Source: a virus
Lineage: Duplodnaviria; Caudoviricetes
Length of the DNA stretch: 44,628 nt
Virus record (IMG/VR): IMGVR_UViG_3300038530_001458
Location: 1-44,628 of that record
Reading direction: 5' to 3' (one strand)
Shown here: one piece after another, positions 1 to 8,346 of the stretch
Layout: every line of letters begins with the position of its first letter
Position numbering within the stretch: position 1 is the first letter of the stretch
Made by a program: the position numbers and the translations under genes
Notes under the pieces: model-generated
The model's input: only the letters and a program-made list of their open reading frames with translations
The model's database searches: none
Told to the model about the DNA's origin: nothing

Positions 1-55
1 GAACGGTCAAAGTAGACACGATCACGACCAGCACCAAAACGGTGACGGTCGATGA
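1..55. repeat. 55-nt terminal direct repeat (identical to 44574-44628); circular contig overlap
   Basis: GAACGGTCAAAGTAGAC...GGTCGATGA occurs at both ends and an ORF reads through the junction. Confidence 0.97.
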
Positions 56-476
56 TTTAACAGCGAACGGTCTAACGTCATCCGCTATCGGCAGCACCGT
101 CCAGGCTTTTGATGCAGACACAGCAAAGACAGATGTAGCGCAGACTTATACAGCTGGGCAGCGTGGCACGATCACAACGCTGACAAGCGCTTCTACAGTC
201 ACCCCTGATTTTGGAGCTAGCAATCATTTCACGTTGACGTTGGGTCAGAATTTAACGATTGCAAACCCGTCAAACCTTGTTGCAGGACAACAGGGGTCTA
301 TTTTTTTGATTCAGGACGGCACTGGCTCACGCACCATCACATGGGGCAGTTACTTTGACTGGGCTGGAGGCACGGCACCAACGTTAAGCACAGCAGCTAG
401 TTCTGTTGATCGCTTGGACTATATCGTCCGCACCACTGGTTCAATTCACGCTGTCGTTACCCTGGCCTACTCATGA
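1..476 (+). CDS. Tail fibre adaptor protein, 3' part; true start is ATG 44564 across the junction (MAFGTVKVDTITTSTKTVTVDD...)
   Basis: Frame is continuous across the overlap; C-terminal domain resembles that of 41520..42038; overlaps the next gene by ATGA. Confidence 0.8.
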   Translation, partial: TVKVDTITTSTKTVTVDDLTANGLTSSAIGSTVQAFDADTAKTDVAQTYTAGQRGTITTLTSASTVTPDFGASNHFTLTLGQNLTIANPSNLVAGQQGSIFLIQDGTGSRTITWGSYFDWAGGTAPTLSTAASSVDRLDYIVRTTGSIHAVVTLAYS

Positions 477-2407
477 GTGTTATTGGACATAGCCCGCTTG
501 CAGGGGCATCTGGAGCGGCAGGTGGTGGTGGCTTTGAGGGTCTGTATGTCGATGACTTGTTTAGTACGTTTTTATACACAGGCGACAATAACAGTGCCGT
601 TACGGTCAATAACGGAATTGATTTAAGTGGAGAAGGCGGCTTGGTATGGTTTAAAAACAGAGACACTGCACAGGTCCACATACTGCAAGACACCGCAAAC
701 GGCACTAGCAAGTATTTAAGCTCAAGCAGCACTTCACCTGCAACTTCAATATCGACAGGAATAACATCTTTTAATTCAAACGGTTTTGCTGTAGGGTCTA
801 CTCTTAGCTATTTAACAAGCAAATACGTCTCTTGGACATTTCGTAAACAATCTAAATTTTTTGACGTAGTTACATACAACGGCACAGGAAGCGCACAGAA
901 TATCTCACATTCGCTTGGCAGTGTGCCGGGCATGATCATGATTCATTGCCTTGACGGCACTCATGATTGGGAGGTTTATCATCGATCAACTGGCGCGACT
1001 AAGAGCCTTCATTTAAACAGATCTGACGCTGCAACAACTGACAGCACAGTTTGGAACAACACAACACCCACGTCGTCGGTATTTACTGTAGGCACAAGCA
1101 GTAACGTCAATCAGAACGGTCATGGATATGTGGCTTATGTTTTTGCGCATGACGAGCAATCGTTTGGCACGAATGGTGATGAGGCAATTATTAAATGTGG
1201 TATTTATACTGAATCATCAAGTGCGCAGGAAATCGATCTAGGATTCGAGCCGCAATTTCTTCTTTACAAAGGCGCTAGCGCTGCTGGAAACTGGCGTCTA
1301 CGAGATGTCATGAGAGGAATGTCTGTTACTTCTGGAGTCCAATTAGAAGCAGATAGTGCTCAACAAGAAGGCGTAGAAAACAAGTTTCTTCCGACATCAA
1401 CAGGATTTATTGCTCCAAATCTTTGGTATGGCAGTGGTGTAGAGCTAATCTATATGGCAATTCGCAGGTCACATAAGCCGCCAACTGCCGGAACACAGGT
1501 GTTTGCAGCTCAAGCAAGTAGAAGCTCGGCTGATGGCACTCCTTCAAATCTGACTTACACAAGTAATTTTCCAGTTGACTTGATGTTTAACTTAGGTCGC
1601 ACAGGCAATTCATTAAATATGGTTGCAGTAGACAGATTGAGGGGTGAAAGCAGATATTTGTCGACCTCTGCAGAGTCAGCGGAATCCTCAAGCGGCCCTT
1701 GGAAGCTTGATACCAATGCAGGGGTATATTTAAATGGCAACTTTGGAGCTACTAGCGCCCATGGCGGATTAATGTTCCGCCGCGCAGCAGGTTTTTTTGA
1801 CGTGGTAAATTATACGGGGGATGGTACATATGACGGCAGTAAAACAGTTAATCATAACCTAGGTGTAGCACCTGAGATGATAATTAACAAAAGCAGAACT
1901 ACTACCAATTCTTGGAACACTTATCATACTGCAATCGGAAATACTTATATTATTAGGTTCAACAACAGCGGTAGGACTGGCATAGGGCAAAACTTTAACC
2001 CTACTGCTACTACTTTTGATCCGTTATACGCAGGCAATGCTATTTACAGCTCAAACACTAGCGGCGTTGACTATATATCCTATCTTTTCGCGACTCTTGA
2101 CGGCATCAGCAAAGTTAGCAGCTATACAGGCACAGGTAGCGATCTCAACGTTGACTGCAGTTTTACTGCCGGAGCACGTTTTGTCTTGATCAAACGCACT
2201 GATGGCAGTGGTGATTGGTATTTCTGGGATAGTGCTCGCGGCATTGTCAGCGGTAATGATCCTTATCTGCTTTTGAACTCGACTGCTGCAGAAGTAACTA
2301 ACACCGATTACATTGACCCGCTCAATGCAGGATTTACAGTGACCTCATCTGCTCCTACTGCTCTCAACGCCAGCGGTGGCACGTACTTGTTCCTCGCTAT
2401 CGCCTGA
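473..2407 (+). CDS. Putative receptor-binding/tail fibre tip protein, paralog 1
   Basis: 644 aa, G/S/T/N-rich, repeated FFDVVxYxG and HxLGxxP motifs; collinear paralog of 42046..43998. Confidence 0.8.
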   Translation: MSVIGHSPLAGASGAAGGGGFEGLYVDDLFSTFLYTGDNNSAVTVNNGIDLSGEGGLVWFKNRDTAQVHILQDTANGTSKYLSSSSTSPATSISTGITSFNSNGFAVGSTLSYLTSKYVSWTFRKQSKFFDVVTYNGTGSAQNISHSLGSVPGMIMIHCLDGTHDWEVYHRSTGATKSLHLNRSDAATTDSTVWNNTTPTSSVFTVGTSSNVNQNGHGYVAYVFAHDEQSFGTNGDEAIIKCGIYTESSSAQEIDLGFEPQFLLYKGASAAGNWRLRDVMRGMSVTSGVQLEADSAQQEGVENKFLPTSTGFIAPNLWYGSGVELIYMAIRRSHKPPTAGTQVFAAQASRSSADGTPSNLTYTSNFPVDLMFNLGRTGNSLNMVAVDRLRGESRYLSTSAESAESSSGPWKLDTNAGVYLNGNFGATSAHGGLMFRRAAGFFDVVNYTGDGTYDGSKTVNHNLGVAPEMIINKSRTTTNSWNTYHTAIGNTYIIRFNNSGRTGIGQNFNPTATTFDPLYAGNAIYSSNTSGVDYISYLFATLDGISKVSSYTGTGSDLNVDCSFTAGARFVLIKRTDGSGDWYFWDSARGIVSGNDPYLLLNSTAAEVTNTDYIDPLNAGFTVTSSAPTALNASGGTYLFLAIA

Positions 2408-2446
2408 TGCAGCGGTGGCCGTTATAGTGATGTCAGGAGGCAAGCC

Positions 2447-2785
2447 ATGAGCATTGACCCTGGAACGTATAACTTCGCAGTTCAGCGCCGTGCTGATTGG
2501 AGCGTTTTGCTGCAGTTCAAAGACAGCAATGACGCAGCGATCAATTTGACCGGATCAACTGTTGCTGCTCAAGCTTGGGACAAGGCACGCGCCAATAAGT
2601 ACGCGGACTTTGGAGTTACTTATACAAGTCGGTCTAACGGGCAAGTAACGATAAGTCTGTCTGATACAGACACGACTTTGTTTCCAGATGAGCTGTATTA
2701 CGACGTTTTAGTCACAGACAGTACAGGCCGCAAGGACTATTACCTTGAGGGAGTCATCGTTGTTGAAGAGGGTTACACCACATGA
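2447..2785 (+). CDS. Small virion protein, BppU-N-like baseplate/adaptor domain
   Basis: INLTGSTVAAQ...GQVTISLS..DT...LYYDVLV...YLEG pattern; SD AGGAGG upstream. Confidence 0.65.
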   Translation: MSIDPGTYNFAVQRRADWSVLLQFKDSNDAAINLTGSTVAAQAWDKARANKYADFGVTYTSRSNGQVTISLSDTDTTLFPDELYYDVLVTDSTGRKDYYLEGVIVVEEGYTT

Positions 2786-3015
2786 CAGCTGTCAACGTAA
2801 CGAACGTCAAGAATAAAGTTGCGGTTACAACGGATGGAACGACAACGATTGTCACTGCAACAACTGCTGGGCCGCAAGGCCCACCGGGCGATTTTGGTTT
2901 AAACCAGTCAGCCAAGGTAGACAAGTCAGTAATTTATTACGACCAGTCAGCCGATATTTTTAAGGCTGATGCTGTCTACACGGCAGAGACTCTTACGGAT
3001 GGCGGTTCATTCTGA
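2782..3015 (+). CDS. Small fibre adaptor with short collagen-like GPQGPPG and C-terminal DGGSF
   Basis: ATGA coupling to the upstream gene; C-terminal motif shared with 3055..4857. Confidence 0.65.
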   Translation: MTAVNVTNVKNKVAVTTDGTTTIVTATTAGPQGPPGDFGLNQSAKVDKSVIYYDQSADIFKADAVYTAETLTDGGSF

Positions 3016-3054
3016 CAGCCATTTACGCCCGTTTGTTCACCCATCCATTGAGTC

Positions 3055-4857
3055 ATGTCTAACACTATTCGCATCAAACGCCGCGCATCTGGAGCGGCAG
3101 GCGCACCATCTTCGCTAGAGAACGCGGAACTTGCTTTTAACGAAGTAGGTGACGTTCTCTACTACGGTAAAGGCACAGGTGGAGCTGGCGGCAGCGCAAC
3201 CACCGTTGAGGCTATTGCAGGCTCTGGTGCGTTTCTTGCCCTCAGTGGAACGCAGACGGTTGCTGGCAGCAAGACGTATTCAGGCACCCTGATTGCGCCT
3301 ACGCAAAGCAGTGGTGATAGCTCCACCAAAGTTGCAACCACCGCTTATGTGCAAGGCGAGATTGGTTCGTTTATTACCGGCAACCAGACAGTCACCCTCA
3401 GTGGAGATGCTTCTGGCTCTGGTACGACCAGCATATCTGTAACGCTGGCAAACAGCGGTGTAACTGCTGGTACGACTAGCGGAATCACTGTTGACGCCAA
3501 GGGTCGCATCACTGCAATTACTGGCCTGTCTGCTTCGGATATTCCGTCACTGGCTGCTTCCAAGATCAGTGATTTTGACAGCACTGTTCAGGCAAACCGT
3601 CTCGATGAGATGGCTGCACCGACCAGTGCAGTTAGCTTCAACAGCCAAGAAATTACAGGCGTTGCAGATCCGACCTCTGCGCAATCGGCTGCGACAAAAG
3701 CCTATGTCGACGCTGTAAAAACTGGCCTTGATGTCAAGGACAGCGTCAAAGTTGCGACGACTGCCAACATCACACTGTCTGGAACGCAGACGATTGATGG
3801 CGTTTCAGTTTCTGCTGACGAGCGCGTCTTGGTGAAAAGCCAGAGTGACGCCTCTGAAAACGGAATTTACGACTGTAAGGCTGGTGCTTGGGCACGTTCC
3901 AGTGACTTCGATTCAAATGCAGAAGTTACGTCTGGTGCGTTTACATTTGTTGAGCAAGGCACTGTCAACGCAGATGCTGGCTTCGTTCTGACAACTGACG
4001 GTTCAATCACCGTTGGCACAACTGATCTTGCCTTTACTCAGTTCTCTGGTGCGGGCTCTGTTTCTGCAGGTGATGGCCTGAGCAAGAGTGGCAACACCCT
4101 AAGTGCTGACCTTAAAGCCAACTCTGGTCTGGTTATTAGCAGCGGTGAAATTGCTCTTGACCTTGATGCTTCAAGCATCAGCGGTTCTCTTGGCATTGCT
4201 GATGGTGGTACGAATGCGACTACTGCATCTGCAGCCAGAACCAACCTTGGCCTTGCCATCGGTTCTGATGTGCAGGCTCACGATGCCATCTTGGACGACG
4301 TTGCAGCACTGACTCAAGCGGCTAACAAAGGTATTTTCTTTGATACCGCTAACTCTGCTGCCACGTTTGACCTGACTGCTGCAGGTCGAGCGCTGCTTGA
4401 TGACTCTGATGCTGCTACTCAGCGCACAACTCTGGGTCTTGCGATTGGCAGTGATGTTCAGGCATACGATGCCGAGTTGGCAGCAATTGCAGGTCTGACA
4501 TCTGCAGCCAACAAGTTGCCCTTCTTTACAGGAAGTGGCACTGCTGACCTTGCAGATCTAACTGCGTTTGCTCGTACTCTGCTAGATGATGCCAACGCAT
4601 CTACAGCACGTACAACCCTTGGTCTTGCCATTGGTTCTGACGTTCAGGCTTACAACGCTCAGTTGGCAGCTTTTGCTGCACTGTCGAACACTGATGGCAA
4701 CTTCGTTGTCGGCAACGGATCTACATTCGTTGTTGAGTCTGGAGCGACTGCACGTACCAGCCTTGGTCTTGGTTCGATTGCAACTCAGGCTTCTAATAAC
4801 GTGAGCATCACTGGTGGTTCTATCTCAGGCATAGAACTAGATGGGGGCACTTTCTAG
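3055..4857 (+). CDS. Long tail fibre protein with 62-aa internal repeats
   Basis: N-terminal IRIKR...PSSL..AELAFN; ITVDAKGRIT and ATKAYVD fibre motifs; LGLAIGSDVQA repeats; ends DGGTF. Confidence 0.85.
   Translation: MSNTIRIKRRASGAAGAPSSLENAELAFNEVGDVLYYGKGTGGAGGSATTVEAIAGSGAFLALSGTQTVAGSKTYSGTLIAPTQSSGDSSTKVATTAYVQGEIGSFITGNQTVTLSGDASGSGTTSISVTLANSGVTAGTTSGITVDAKGRITAITGLSASDIPSLAASKISDFDSTVQANRLDEMAAPTSAVSFNSQEITGVADPTSAQSAATKAYVDAVKTGLDVKDSVKVATTANITLSGTQTIDGVSVSADERVLVKSQSDASENGIYDCKAGAWARSSDFDSNAEVTSGAFTFVEQGTVNADAGFVLTTDGSITVGTTDLAFTQFSGAGSVSAGDGLSKSGNTLSADLKANSGLVISSGEIALDLDASSISGSLGIADGGTNATTASAARTNLGLAIGSDVQAHDAILDDVAALTQAANKGIFFDTANSAATFDLTAAGRALLDDSDAATQRTTLGLAIGSDVQAYDAELAAIAGLTSAANKLPFFTGSGTADLADLTAFARTLLDDANASTARTTLGLAIGSDVQAYNAQLAAFAALSNTDGNFVVGNGSTFVVESGATARTSLGLGSIATQASNNVSITGGSISGIELDGGTF
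4246..4790 (+). repeat. Coding tandem repeat, 186-nt (62-aa) period
   Basis: LGLAIGSDVQA units begin at 4246, 4432 and 4618; a partial fourth unit lies near 4760. Confidence 0.85.
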
Positions 4858-4871
4858 ATTGACACATACAT

Positions 4872-4900
4872 CCTGCTGGGTAACACCAGCAGGTTTTTTT
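4872..4900 (+). terminator. Intrinsic terminator ending the tail-fibre operon
   Basis: CCTGCTGG-GTAACA-CCAGCAGG followed by T7. Confidence 0.9.
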
Positions 4901-4973
4901 ATGGACACTAATCAGAACCGTCCCACGGAACCTGCTACTAATGTAGGCAACGGAAACGTTTCCCCACTCTTCC

Positions 4974-5318
4974 ATGATCAAACGTGTCATTGGTGTCGCC
5001 GGTATGGCAGCTGTGCTGGCATCTCCTGCTTACGCAGGAAGCAAGTTTTACGTGAATCCTGAAGTCAACGTTGGCGCTGGTTTGGATTCTGGTGTTGGCG
5101 CTGCCACTCTGGAAGGCCATGTTGGTATTGATTTTGACAATGGTGCTTACATCCAGGCTGGGCCTGCCCTGCTGATTCCTGACTCTGGTGAAACTGGAGA
5201 CGTTGAAATCAGCGGTAAAGCTGGCATTAGCAATGGCCCTCTCTACGGCGAGGTTTCTTTTATCACTGGTGATGAGTTGAGCCTTGGTTTCAAGACTGGC
5301 GCTAAGTTCTCTTTTTGA
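4974..5318 (+). CDS. Small outer-membrane beta-barrel (porin/Lom-like) protein
   Basis: Sec signal ending PAYA; alternating amphipathic strands; C-terminal GAKFSF with terminal Phe (Bam-type signal). Confidence 0.75.
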   Translation: MIKRVIGVAGMAAVLASPAYAGSKFYVNPEVNVGAGLDSGVGAATLEGHVGIDFDNGAYIQAGPALLIPDSGETGDVEISGKAGISNGPLYGEVSFITGDELSLGFKTGAKFSF

Positions 5319-5332
5319 GCTAGCCTAAAAGC

Positions 5333-5372
5333 GCAGAGCTGACCCCCTGTTCCTCACACCAGGGGGTTTTTT
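5333..5372 (+). ncRNA. Terminator-like hairpin with loop UUCCUCACAC; candidate Yfr1-like small RNA
   Basis: Stem ACCCCCTG/CAGGGGGT with T-tract; -10-like TAGCCT at 5321-5326; loop shares 9 nt with the Yfr1 motif ACUCCUCACAC. Confidence 0.5.
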
Positions 5373-5375
5373 ATT

Positions 5376-5603
5376 ATGCAAAAGGTTTTTAACGTTCTAT
5401 CAGTGCTGGCGTTCCTGATGTCTGGAACGTTAGTTGGAGCGACAATCGTTGCGTTTGCTCGCGTCCCAGGAATGGTTCAAGACTATTTAGACGAGGCCGC
5501 CAGTGGTGTTATTGACGAGGTGACAGAGGCTATCCCTGGCCAGATTGATGAAGCGATGCCAGAGCTACCGACAGAGACTGGCTTGCCGATCAAGTTCCCT
5601 TGA
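5376..5603 (+). CDS. Small single-pass membrane protein with acidic C-terminus
   Basis: N-terminal hydrophobic helix VFNVLSVLAFLMSGTLVGATIVAF. Confidence 0.75.
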   Translation: MQKVFNVLSVLAFLMSGTLVGATIVAFARVPGMVQDYLDEAASGVIDEVTEAIPGQIDEAMPELPTETGLPIKFP

Positions 5604-5607
5604 CACA

Positions 5608-5631
5608 AGAAAACCCCGTCTGGCAACGGGG
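5608..5631 (-). terminator. Intrinsic terminator for the leftward transcript
   Basis: On - strand: CCCCGT-TGCCAG-ACGGGG-TTTTCTT. Confidence 0.7.
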
Positions 5632-5700
5632 CTCTCAAGCACCTGGCCTACAGGAAACACAAACTGTAAGAGCGGTATACCTTTTATAGCACAAGACAAG

Positions 5701-6015
5701 TCAGGTAACCATTTTGGTGTTAGCAGTTGGATCGTCGTCATGAGCTTCCGGTCCGAAGCTTTCAGCCTTGACTTTTGCCATATCAAGTTCTGGCGCGGGT
5801 GCTTTTGGTTTCTGTTCAAACGAAGCTAGCCATTCACGCAACAAGTCCCCTGTCGGAGTGCCTTTAGGCCATTTAACGTGACGCAAGATCATTTTGTGAT
5901 CTGTAAACAGTCGAGACGATCTGCCAGACAAAACCGTGTAAGTAATTTCAGGACCTTCACGTCTACGATTTCTCTCGATCCAAAGTTGACCAGCAACAAA
6001 CCGTTCACCCTTCAT
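5701..6015 (-). CDS. Hypothetical protein (MKGERFVAGQ...)
   Basis: Protein-like composition from Met45 of the listed ORF; followed by a - strand terminator. Confidence 0.55.
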   Translation of the reverse strand: MKGERFVAGQLWIERNRRREGPEITYTVLSGRSSRLFTDHKMILRHVKWPKGTPTGDLLREWLASFEQKPKAPAPELDMAKVKAESFGPEAHDDDPTANTKMVT

Positions 6016-6790
6016 GCCAGAAATCCCTGAGATTGGTATTGGTGCGGTGCAAGTGCCGGAGATTCCGGCCTGGCGTGCCATGCCTCCACAGAGTATTCCG
6101 GTTGAGCCGCCAGTGACATTACGAATTGGTTTTCCTATAGCTGACATTCCTGGCTGTGTTGAAACCAGAAACTCAGGAGCAGGCGATAGGGAGATCTATA
6201 ACACCGATCCAAAAGGCAACATCACTGTTTGTGGCGGTCAGATGCCGTCTTACAAACCTATTGACTACACACCTGGAACGTTGGTGTATGGCGCGGCAAA
6301 ACCTCCACCGCCACCAGAAGAAGAAGAGGTAGAGCCTAAGAAAGAAAAACCGGCCAGTGAACCAAACCAACCGGTGGTCTCTCTTCCGTCAGGTCGTGGC
6401 ATTCCTGACATCCCATTAGATAGCAATCAATTGCCGTGTCCGCCACTGGATGCATTACCTATTGGTGTCAGAGGTAAACAAGGAACTGGGATTGTCATTG
6501 GATATAAGCGTGTCGATGGTCAGTGCATCACGATGTATGACCGCTTGCCAATCGACAAAATCATCGATAACTACTTGCCTCCTGCGCCTGTTGCGTTGTC
6601 TACTGCTGCTATTGCTGCAACGGCTGCAACATCAGCCATTGTGGCTAAGCCGTTAGGTGATTACGTGTTGAAACTGGTCAAACCAACGGTAAAGAAGGTG
6701 GTAAAAAAGCTTAAGGGGATGATTGGGAAGAAGCCTCGCCCTGAGTCTGTTGCTGAACGGGTGAAGTTTCAGCGTTCTCTCCGTAAGTAA
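6014..6790 (+). CDS. Pro-rich protein with Cys pairs and a C-terminal hydrophobic/basic helix (envelope cassette)
   Basis: 258-aa ORF; PPPPPEEEE linker; ALSTAAIAATAATSAIV segment followed by a Lys-rich helix. Confidence 0.7.
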   Translation: MPEIPEIGIGAVQVPEIPAWRAMPPQSIPVEPPVTLRIGFPIADIPGCVETRNSGAGDREIYNTDPKGNITVCGGQMPSYKPIDYTPGTLVYGAAKPPPPPEEEEVEPKKEKPASEPNQPVVSLPSGRGIPDIPLDSNQLPCPPLDALPIGVRGKQGTGIVIGYKRVDGQCITMYDRLPIDKIIDNYLPPAPVALSTAAIAATAATSAIVAKPLGDYVLKLVKPTVKKVVKKLKGMIGKKPRPESVAERVKFQRSLRK

Positions 6791-7439
6791 TCTTGTGGAT
6801 GTGGGGCGGGATAACGCCTGGCGGATTCTGCAGAACTACGTCAGCACAGATTGACGCATAAGGCGAATCAGGGTGAAAGCTAATGCCTTCTTTCATCAGT
6901 GCAGCGCAGTTCTTAAGTCTGGCGATTTCGTAGTTAAGTCGCTTGTCAGCAAGTTGGGCGTCCAACAAAGCGACCTGCTTCTCAGCTGCTTTCCTGCAGC
7001 TTTTGACGTGGGAGCGGTCAAGCGGTACTGAGATTGTTGCTGTAATGCCGCCGTTGATTGAGTAATTAGTCTTCTGGCCTGTTCTGACTGGACGTAAATA
7101 AAGAACATTTCCTGGATTGTCAGGCACACCGTCCGGAATAGGATTTCCCTCTGGATCTGTCGCACCAACTAAATCGAGCGTGTCATATATCGGTTCTTGG
7201 TAGTAGCTTTCATAAGGATGTGCCCAGCTAGTGGTTGTACTTAGAAAAGGATTGATGTGAAGAGTTGCTCCTTGACAAGATATCCCTGCATAGTTGAACC
7301 CAAATGTGCGTGATGGCACGACTTGCACAGCTTGGTTTGTAACCGACCCAGAACTGTTAGCTACTGGAGCGGCAGTGCTAGAGACCTGTGCTTGTGCTGG
7401 AGCGGAAAGTAGCAGAAGCGTTGCTATGACTCGCTTCAT
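6711..7439 (-). CDS. Secreted protein with beta-strand/long-helix architecture (envelope cassette)
   Basis: Signal peptide MKRVIATLLLLSAPAQA; four Cys; ATGA coupling to the upstream gene. Confidence 0.8.
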   Translation of the reverse strand: MKRVIATLLLLSAPAQAQVSSTAAPVANSSGSVTNQAVQVVPSRTFGFNYAGISCQGATLHINPFLSTTTSWAHPYESYYQEPIYDTLDLVGATDPEGNPIPDGVPDNPGNVLYLRPVRTGQKTNYSINGGITATISVPLDRSHVKSCRKAAEKQVALLDAQLADKRLNYEIARLKNCAALMKEGISFHPDSPYASICADVVLQNPPGVIPPHIHKITYGENAETSPVQQQTQGEASSQSSP

Positions 7440-7855
7440 TGTGTAAACGTGCTTGTCGTCTCAGTTATAGATTCGATGTCGGTGTCACGGTTGATGAGTG
7501 TATGGTTCACCAAACCTGGGCCAGACAAAGTCTCTACAAACTGCATTGCTTCGCCTTGATTCACGATTGTCCAAGTTGGCTTGGTTGCAGCATCAATGCT
7601 GGTCCATTTGCTTGTGATGCCTTGAATGGTGTTTGACGTTGTCGTCAGACCCATTGGAGCGATAGCGGCGTCAGTCTTAATATTTGTGCCACTGACTGAA
7701 TACTCGTAACCAGTTCGGTACTCATATGAGTTGATGACCTCTGTGACTTTGGTCTTGGTCGTTGTTGTGGAAGAGAGAACGCCTTGCGAAAAGTTTGGAA
7801 CGACAGGCACTGCGACTGCTGGTGCGGCAACAAGCAAAAGCAGCAACAGGATCAT
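7436..7855 (-). CDS. Secreted Thr/Ser-rich beta protein, paralog B
   Basis: Signal peptide ending PAVA; shares motifs with 7852..8346. Confidence 0.8.
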   Translation of the reverse strand: MILLLLLLVAAPAVAVPVVPNFSQGVLSSTTTTKTKVTEVINSYEYRTGYEYSVSGTNIKTDAAIAPMGLTTTSNTIQGITSKWTSIDAATKPTWTIVNQGEAMQFVETLSGPGLVNHTLINRDTDIESITETTSTFTQ

Positions 7856-8346
7856 TTGATTGTCAGTTCTTGGATGACTTGACCAATTGCAGTTGTGCCA
7901 GCACCACCAGCTGTAACAGTAAGAGCGCCATCAGTTGCAATCGTGCCAGCTAGCGTTCCAGCAACTCCTCCCGATGTAGTTGTTGTATTGCCGAACACTG
8001 GCAGTGCTGGGACTACTCCGGCGGTGACTGTTGTTGAGAGAACGGTTGGGACATCGTCTCCTTCTGTATAGCTCTCGCTGTAGCTAAAAGCATCACCAGC
8101 AGTAGTGATGCTGTAAGCACCAGGAGTGTAACCAAGGGCGGTCCCTGAAGTAAGAGCGCTAAGAGTAGGAGCAGTGCCCAAAGTGACGTTAGAGCCAGAT
8201 ACCGCCATAGAAGACGGTTGTCTAATGGCAACGGATCCTGCGCCATCAACCGACAATGAAACGCTTGACTGAATTTTATGGGTGATGTCAGCCTGCGCTG
8301 GAGCGGCAAGCAAGCTGGCAGCTAATGCCAGAAATGCCTTTTTCAT
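7852..8346 (-). CDS. Secreted Thr/Ser/Gly-rich beta protein, paralog A
   Basis: Signal peptide MKKAFLALAASLLAAPAQA; ATGA coupling at both ends. Confidence 0.8.
   Translation of the reverse strand: MKKAFLALAASLLAAPAQADITHKIQSSVSLSVDGAGSVAIRQPSSMAVSGSNVTLGTAPTLSALTSGTALGYTPGAYSITTAGDAFSYSESYTEGDDVPTVLSTTVTAGVVPALPVFGNTTTTSGGVAGTLAGTIATDGALTVTAGGAGTTAIGQVIQELTIK

Noticed and set aside
473-2407. Diversity-generating retroelement (TR/VR) between the two tip paralogs
   Set aside because: No reverse transcriptase is present, and the differences are not adenine-specific; both copies are full genes with synonymous divergence
4246-4790. Non-coding repeat array
   Set aside because: It is an in-frame 62-aa fibre repeat with synonymous variation
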